A DNA stretch of 64,000 bases, taken from positions 169,600 through 233,599 of the forward strand of contig JAHDYR010000007.1 of NCBI GenBank assembly GCA_019828565.1, read 5' to 3'. The notes below the pieces were generated by a model. The model had not been told where the DNA came from, did not search any database, and worked only from the letters and a program-made list of their open reading frames with translations. The translations under genes and the position numbers were made by a program. Of this stretch, positions 57,898 through 64,000 are shown piece by piece. Source of the stretch: Carpediemonas membranifera BICM (Eukaryota; Protista; Fornicata). Position 1 is the first letter of the stretch. Each line of letters opens with the position of its first letter.

Positions 57898-58430
57898 CCC
57901 AAAGGGGAACACCGTCCGCAGCTCTGAGGTAAGTAGAGTAATTACAGTGGAGTATGGCGGCTCCATGCCTGCCTCAAGTGCCAGCAGCTCCTTGCTGCTT
58001 TCGGCTGGACCGGGCGTCTCCTTGACGGCCTCCGGTGCGATGGTTTATGGTGTTAGAATGGGAACAGGGTGTTTGCAGTTTGTCGGGTTTGACGAGGGTG
58101 GTTGCGGATAGCCTCCCCGATGTAAGGCCGGAGAGAGTTGCCGTTAGCCCAGGTTCCGAGTTGGAGTAAGGTCTCTATCGGTGTGCCTGCTAGTGCCAGT
58201 TCAGAAGCCGCTCCCTTGCGGAAGCTGTGTAGGCCAATCCTGTTGTCGTGGAAGACTGTGCGTAGCTCCTCTCGCATACGTCGCATTGTGCACGGGGTCT
58301 TACGGCTGACCTTCGATGAGGATGTGATCGCGCGCCAGATGCAGGCGTCCGGTGGAAGGTTCAAGCCTCGTACCCATCTCTTCAGGGCCAGCGCTGGGTT
58401 GAATGGGCCTAGTAGGGTGTTGGGGTACAC
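57898..58430 (-). mobile_element. 3' part of DIRS-like element F (YR C-terminus), cut off at the LINE start
   Basis: FNPALALKRWV, GLHSFRKGAASE, GTW..LRPY; paralog of the element E YR. Confidence 0.85.
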
Positions 58431-61400
58431 AAAATTTTCCGCACCATGGGCAAAAGTAGTTCTGGCTACAGAGGCCCAATCTTAGCGAAAGACACTGGTC
58501 CGCAACCACAAAGTACCACTGCTGCTCAAAGCAGTATCGCCGACCAACGCTTCCTGACGAGGAAGCACCTCAAATATGTTTCATCCGCCCCTCCTGTCCT
58601 CAAAAGACAACTACTAGCAGGCATTGCCTTTATTGGGGACCCCGTAATCATCCATCCCTTCAAAACTGAGCTTGCAACACACTCATCGACGGGCAATTTC
58701 GTCTCGGTGGCAATCCCAAACCTAAAACGGGACAACGCCCGCTATAAGCGGGCTAAGGATGCCTGTAATGACCTACTCCAAGATGCTGAGCACCTTGCAG
58801 CTGCATTTGGGCTCTCCATCCGGGAAGGTATCCTCAAACTCTTTCCCCTCATTGCCTATGATCTTGTCCACACGGTTGGAACGCTTAAGGCTGCCCTAAT
58901 CCACTGCAGGTTCACGGGACTCCCCCCAGCTAGCAGCATGGACTGGAGCAAGTTCGCAGATTTCATCTCCGCCAGATGCCCTACAGTGTTAGACCAACGG
59001 AACGATCCTTGGCCTCCAACCATATCCACTGTCCCGAACTCTCCGAGCCTGACATGGCAGGCAGTCGGTCAAAGAGAGCCTCTTGGTCCCCGCATCGCTC
59101 ACTCCGGCCGGCCCGGCCCCATTGTATCTCCGGATGGTCTCAACCTCACGCCGTTCATGGGCCTCGAGGTAATCCACTTACTGTATGGCGCCTCTCCCGT
59201 GTTGGGAGGACATGCGATGACTGAGCTTTATGCCGAATGGGGTGGAGCCACAGCGGCCGACCTTCAGTCTTCCTTATCGAATACCTTATCAGACAGCCTT
59301 ATCTCTCCCATTCGCCGGAAGGCCTATCCAGTCGATGACTCTACTATATCCATAAGTTCCTGTTCAAACTCTGATGTTGAGCTCGCAAGCCCGATCCCTG
59401 TTAGCGTGGAAGAGGTTGCGCGGCAGATTCGGAAAGAAATATCGTCTTGCGAAGAGAACAGCATTTATCCATCATCCCCGATCGTAGCTGAGGAGCCTAA
59501 CGCCCGTTGGGGCCCTCTCATGAGCATCCCAGTTCACGCCGACGGCAACTGTGGCCTTCACTCACTTGCTGTCTCTCTGGGTATGACGGGCCTGACGAGA
59601 CGAGAAGCCGTGTCGAAACTTGCCTCCGCCATCCAGAATGGTACAGTGGATCTTAACTCCTCGTGGAGATCCACGGTGCGCACTTTAACCACACACACCA
59701 CCGCTAGCGACATTGGTAGTGCCTTCCTATCCACCACAGACCTCCGCAATATTGCATCGCTCTTCGGAAAAAATGTGCTTATTGCTCATCGATATGATGC
59801 CAACACAGTCTCAGTAACCATCCCAGCATTATCCGAGTTCTCTACACTTCCTCTCAATATTGACGCGCTCAAAACGATGCTCAAAACCGATTACATCCTC
59901 ATTAGACTGAGTGCTCTGCACTTCACGCCTCTTTTTCCGTCTGTGAGGAGCGCAGAAGCAAGGCGCCTGCAATATGCTGAATATCGTCCAAGAAGAGCCC
60001 CCTCTAGTGTGGCTCGCAACAACATCGCCGCTGAAGGCCTCGATAGCGCCCCCCTCTAGTGTGGCCCGCAACAACATCGCCGCTGAAGGCCTCGATAGCG
60101 CCCCCCTCTAGTGTGGCTCGCAACAACATCGCCGCTGAAGGCCTCGATAGCGCCCCCTCTAGTGTGGCCCGCAACAACATCGCCGCTGAAGGCCTCGATA
60201 GCGCCCCCTCTAGTGTGGCCCGCAACAACCGTGATGGCGTCCATGGCGCTCTCATAGGCTTGTCTGGCAAGAGAGAGGGTCCTGTTTCTCATATCCTAGT
60301 GGTCGACTTTGAAGGACTAGGAACTGCCGTAGACCGCAGAGCCACCAAACAGAGTCGCGTCTCATATCCCGTAGAGGCCGGCGCCACACTCCTAGCCTGC
60401 GTCAAGGATCCTGAAACGGGGATAATGATGTGGGACGTCGCAGGGGTCCACTGGGGCGGCTTAGAAGTTGATATCCCAGCGCAGTTAATGCAGACAGCTT
60501 TATACCAAGCGGCAGTTGTTCATGGGTGTCCTCCCATGAGCTTCAGAGTACACCCCGACCACCCCGGGATCTCATTCCCCAGCCCGACCGACTGGCTTCA
60601 CCACCTCACGGTCATAGTGAGCTCCCTCCCGAACTGCATCATGGTCGCCAAAGACCCGAGACTTGAGAACTCCGTCCTAGAGTCATGGGTCTCGGAAAGC
60701 GATGCCCCCTTCCTTGACAAGGTCTATGACATAAGTGATCTAGAGTCCATAGACAAAAGATCCTTTGGGCATATCCATGACTACTGCCGTTCACCCGAGT
60801 TCTCTGAGGCGATGTCGATAGCCCAATGTCTCACAATGGTGAAGTGCCCCTGCCCGTACCACATTGGAACAGATCCAGGCTACCATTGTGCTCTCAGTGA
60901 CACTGTAGCTTTCGCGGCGGTACTGCACACAGTCTCATGTCTCGACCGAACATCTAGGGGAGCTATCACATCCACGTACTCTGAAATCACTGATGCATGG
61001 AGGAAAGACTTGGATGTCCTCATCGGCAACTGGTCCTCTCTCCTGCCCGACCTGGCCGTGCTACTACTCCAAGACCTCCACCTGCCAACGCTTGAGGAGC
61101 TGCACCACATCCTCAAGGAGTACGTAATAGCACCTAAGGGTGGCTGCTCCTTCCCCACAGGTGATAGGGCCAGACAGGCTATGACGCGCCGTCAATTTAT
61201 TGCAGTGCGGAGCCCAGCTCGGCGAGGGTGGGAATGGTTTGATCCTCTTGCCAAGATGATAGCGGTGGCGGATGCGGCAGGCATAGTCCCTCCAAACAGC
61301 CTAGAACAGCCATTCATCAGGATAGCGACGGTGAATAACGACAGCTCCTTCAGCAATCAGTTGACGGCTCAGCAAGTTTACTGGGAGTGCCCTCCTCACC

Positions 61401-64000
61401 GAGACCTACCGCAATCTGCTGCAGAGCTTCTGGCTCTCAACGTTCCTCCCTCGGCAGACAACTCCAAAGGAGTAGTCAAGAGGTCCTACAGAGCGCCGGA
61501 TCATTGGTTTCTAGTCCCGAGAATCCCCAACAAGCCAGTGCGAGGGCTCCGCAAAGTCAGACTGAGAGGGCCCATGACTCGAGGAGACATGGATGCCCTC
61601 ATACAGAAGGCAGAAACAGCATGGGTCAGCGAAGCGTGGGACCTTTCTCCGGTGTTCAAAGCTCTCCAGAGTGCCCGAGCTCACGACGGTAACTGGAGTA
61701 AGGTTGAGCCACCGGCTTCTTCCATGCCAGCTCCAAGCTTAGCCACGCGAGTCTCGCCTGCGACCTTCAGGAATCAGAGAGGGCGAAGTCAAGCAGGTAG
61801 ACGACCAGTAAATGGTCACCTCTACTCGTGGAATTGCACATCACTCAACATCACCAAGATGACTCTTGCTCTAGTACAAGACGTGGACATCATGGCCATT
61901 CAGGAGCTATGGTGGTGGGCCCAGTCCCCGGAGCTGCCCACAACGAATGACAAGGTCCTGCTATACCACGGAGTGATCAAGTCAGAGTCCGAGACAAAGC
62001 ATCTAGGCGTAGGCATCATGCTGAGGAAGGAATTAGCTGAGCTCTGCACATACGTCGAGAACCAACCCCACTCTCCAAGGTTGATTCAAGCTGACCTAGG
62101 CTGCGTGTTTGTAACAGCTGGCAAACTGAAGGTCCGTGTCATGTCCATCTATAGTCCATGCACGGGAGCACAAGCCAAGAAAGAGTTCCACACTCTACTG
62201 TCCTCCGAGGTGAAGAAAGCTATTGAGCAAGGGCTCCAAGTTCTTGTCATGGGAGACTTCAACACGAACCTACTAGATCCATCGACGCTGTGGGCTACCA
62301 CCCTAAAGGAGTGTGGCTTGAGACTGGTAGTGCCCGACGGCCCGACCTTCATGGACAGAGTAATTGATGGCATCGCAGCAACACCTAAGCTGGCTGATCT
62401 CATCGAGAAGCCGCTCACAGTATCCCCTTGAACCCAAAGGACACAGAGCGGTTGTAGCAAGATCAGGCATAACGGGTTACTTTCGCACGAGGAGCAAGGC
62501 AACAGCAGTCCTCAACGAAAGACATGTGGCTAACGTACTTGAATGCAGCAAGGATCATCGAAAGGCGAGGACTCTCCTGAGGAACATCAGCCACCTTGAT
62601 GTCGACCAAGCCTTTCAAAGCCTGACGTCGACTATCAACCGATGGGCGTTGGTGGACACTGCGGCCTCACATGAAGTGAGAGAAGTCGAGAGAGCAGAAG
62701 ACTACGACCACTGGTTTGTCGCCGGAGAGCAGATCGGTATTTCCCCTGAACGGCTCTATGAGCTCATCATTGAGGATCATCGCCACCAACATCAGCTCAA
62801 GGAGAGGACGAGCAGAGGCCCCAAAGCTCTCGTGTGCTCTGAGCTATCATCAGCAATGCTATCAGTAGCGTTAGCATCCTCGGAGAGCCACGCCCACTCA
62901 ACACTCAAAGCCTACCATGCCCGAGCCAAGCGAGTCTCTGAGAGCATGGATGTCATGTCCCCTGAATTCTTTAGATACGTCCATTGGAAGCTTTTTGAAG
63001 GGGCAGGCCAGAGTGTCTGGTCTTCGCAGAGACCTGGAAGGCTTACTCAGAGGACCCGGCCTTCCTGCTACCACCACAGTAGGAGGCAGAGTGATCACCA
63101 ACCGAGAAGAAGTAGCCAAGGCCTTCGAGGAGTGGTATGCGTCAGTATCATATGTGGCAGGAGCAGTAGAACCATCCATCTCTCGCCCCGATATAGAGCT
63201 CGAAATCACGGACACTCTCCTGGAAGGGGCTCTCAAATCTGCCAAGAATAGATCAGCCCCAGGCAGTGATGGACTAACCCCGGCAATTTTCAAATATAGC
63301 CCAGTCCTCAAGGAGGCGCTCAAGACTCTGCTACAGAAGTGCATTGACCAACTCAAGACCCCAGCAGAGTGGCATACCGCCGTGGTAATTCCATTGAAAA
63401 AGCCCGGCTCTACTAGCGATGCTCCTGTGGCGTTCAGACCTATCTCCCTACTTTCCACAGCCCACAAGGTGCTCGGCACAATGATGATCCGCACGATTGA
63501 CCGAGACAACCCTCTTCCCCCCTGAACAATACGGTGCAAGGCCGGGTGTTTCATCGGTTGATGCACTATGGGCTATTGAGCACGCGAGACGTGGGTTCAA
63601 AGCGACCCACATTGGGACTCTGGACGTGGCTAAGGCCTTTGACTGTGTCCCGAGGAGAGATGCATTGGACTCGTTGAGGGGGGAACAGAAGGGCCATTGA
63701 GATGTTGAAGGAGATGCATTTGCACACAAGGATCTCTATGCGAGGTAGCAGCACTAGCGCCGCTACCAACACAGGAGTACGGCAAGGATGCACCACTGCT
63801 CCCTTCATCTTCACAAGATACCTTGCGGAAGTCCCTCACATCATTGCAAGCTTAACCGCTCTAGGGAAGGAAGCAATTGAGAAGCTTCCTCCCGACATAG
63901 AGACCCTGAGACGAGTGGCAGCAAGGCCGTGCGTTCCCTGGATTGTCACAGTCCTGTTCGTTGATGACATTACAATAGTAGCTCCCTCCCTTAAGTGGTT
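58431..64000 (+). mobile_element. APE-type non-LTR retrotransposon with an OTU + DEDDh/Maelstrom-like + APE + RT polyprotein; runs off the window
   Basis: ATG at 58446; ADGNCGLHSL..LHF; VVDFEG..PVE..CPYH..HCALSD; SWNC, AIQE, MGDFN; SAPGSDG, FRPISLL, LDVAKAFD, RQG, FVDD. Frameshifts at C/G runs. Confidence 0.9.
59997..60229 (+). repeat. Coding minisatellite, 51-bp unit x ~4.5 (APSSVARNNIAAEGLDS)
   Basis: Units start at 59997, 60048, 60100, 60152 and 60203; units 2 and 3 each carry one extra C. Confidence 0.95.

Noticed and set aside
59997-60229. Tandem repeat as a CRISPR array
   Set aside because: Units are contiguous with no unique spacers, 51 bp equals 17 codons within an ORF, and there are no cas genes.

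Overview
Eukaryotic DNA, probably from a gene-compact protist: it has a tRNA-Ala(AGC), very short 5' UTRs and no clear introns. Roughly 85% of the window is mobile DNA. (1) 0.5-7.1 kb is a gene cluster of two paralogous Ser/Thr kinases, a divergent SET-domain protein, a protein starting with a histone-H3 tail mimic that lacks K9/S10/K27/S28, and a caspase-like peptidase. (2) 7.5-29.7 kb is a patchwork of IS630/Tc1-like transposases with convergent partner ORFs, chromodomain Ty3/Gypsy fragments (two carrying an antisense chromo-like ORF) and DIRS-like tyrosine-recombinase (YR) retroelement fragments. (3) 29.7-58.4 kb is a head-to-tail series of DIRS-like elements. One is interrupted by two complete Gypsy insertions with identical 67-bp and 145-bp LTRs, TSDs, and a 12-bp palindrome where a tRNA primer-binding site should be. 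(4) 46.2-54.2 kb holds two tandem RLE-type (CRE-like) non-LTR retrotransposons inserted into the 5' end of the tRNA-Ala gene. They duplicate tRNA nt 1-14, leave the tRNA intact, and take the A of their start codon from the duplicated target. (5) 58.4-64 kb is an APE-type non-LTR element whose polyprotein carries an OTU-like protease and a Maelstrom/arenavirus-NP-like DEDDh nuclease. All domain calls come from motif recognition by eye; no searches were run. Many frameshifts fall in homopolymers and may be sequencing errors.
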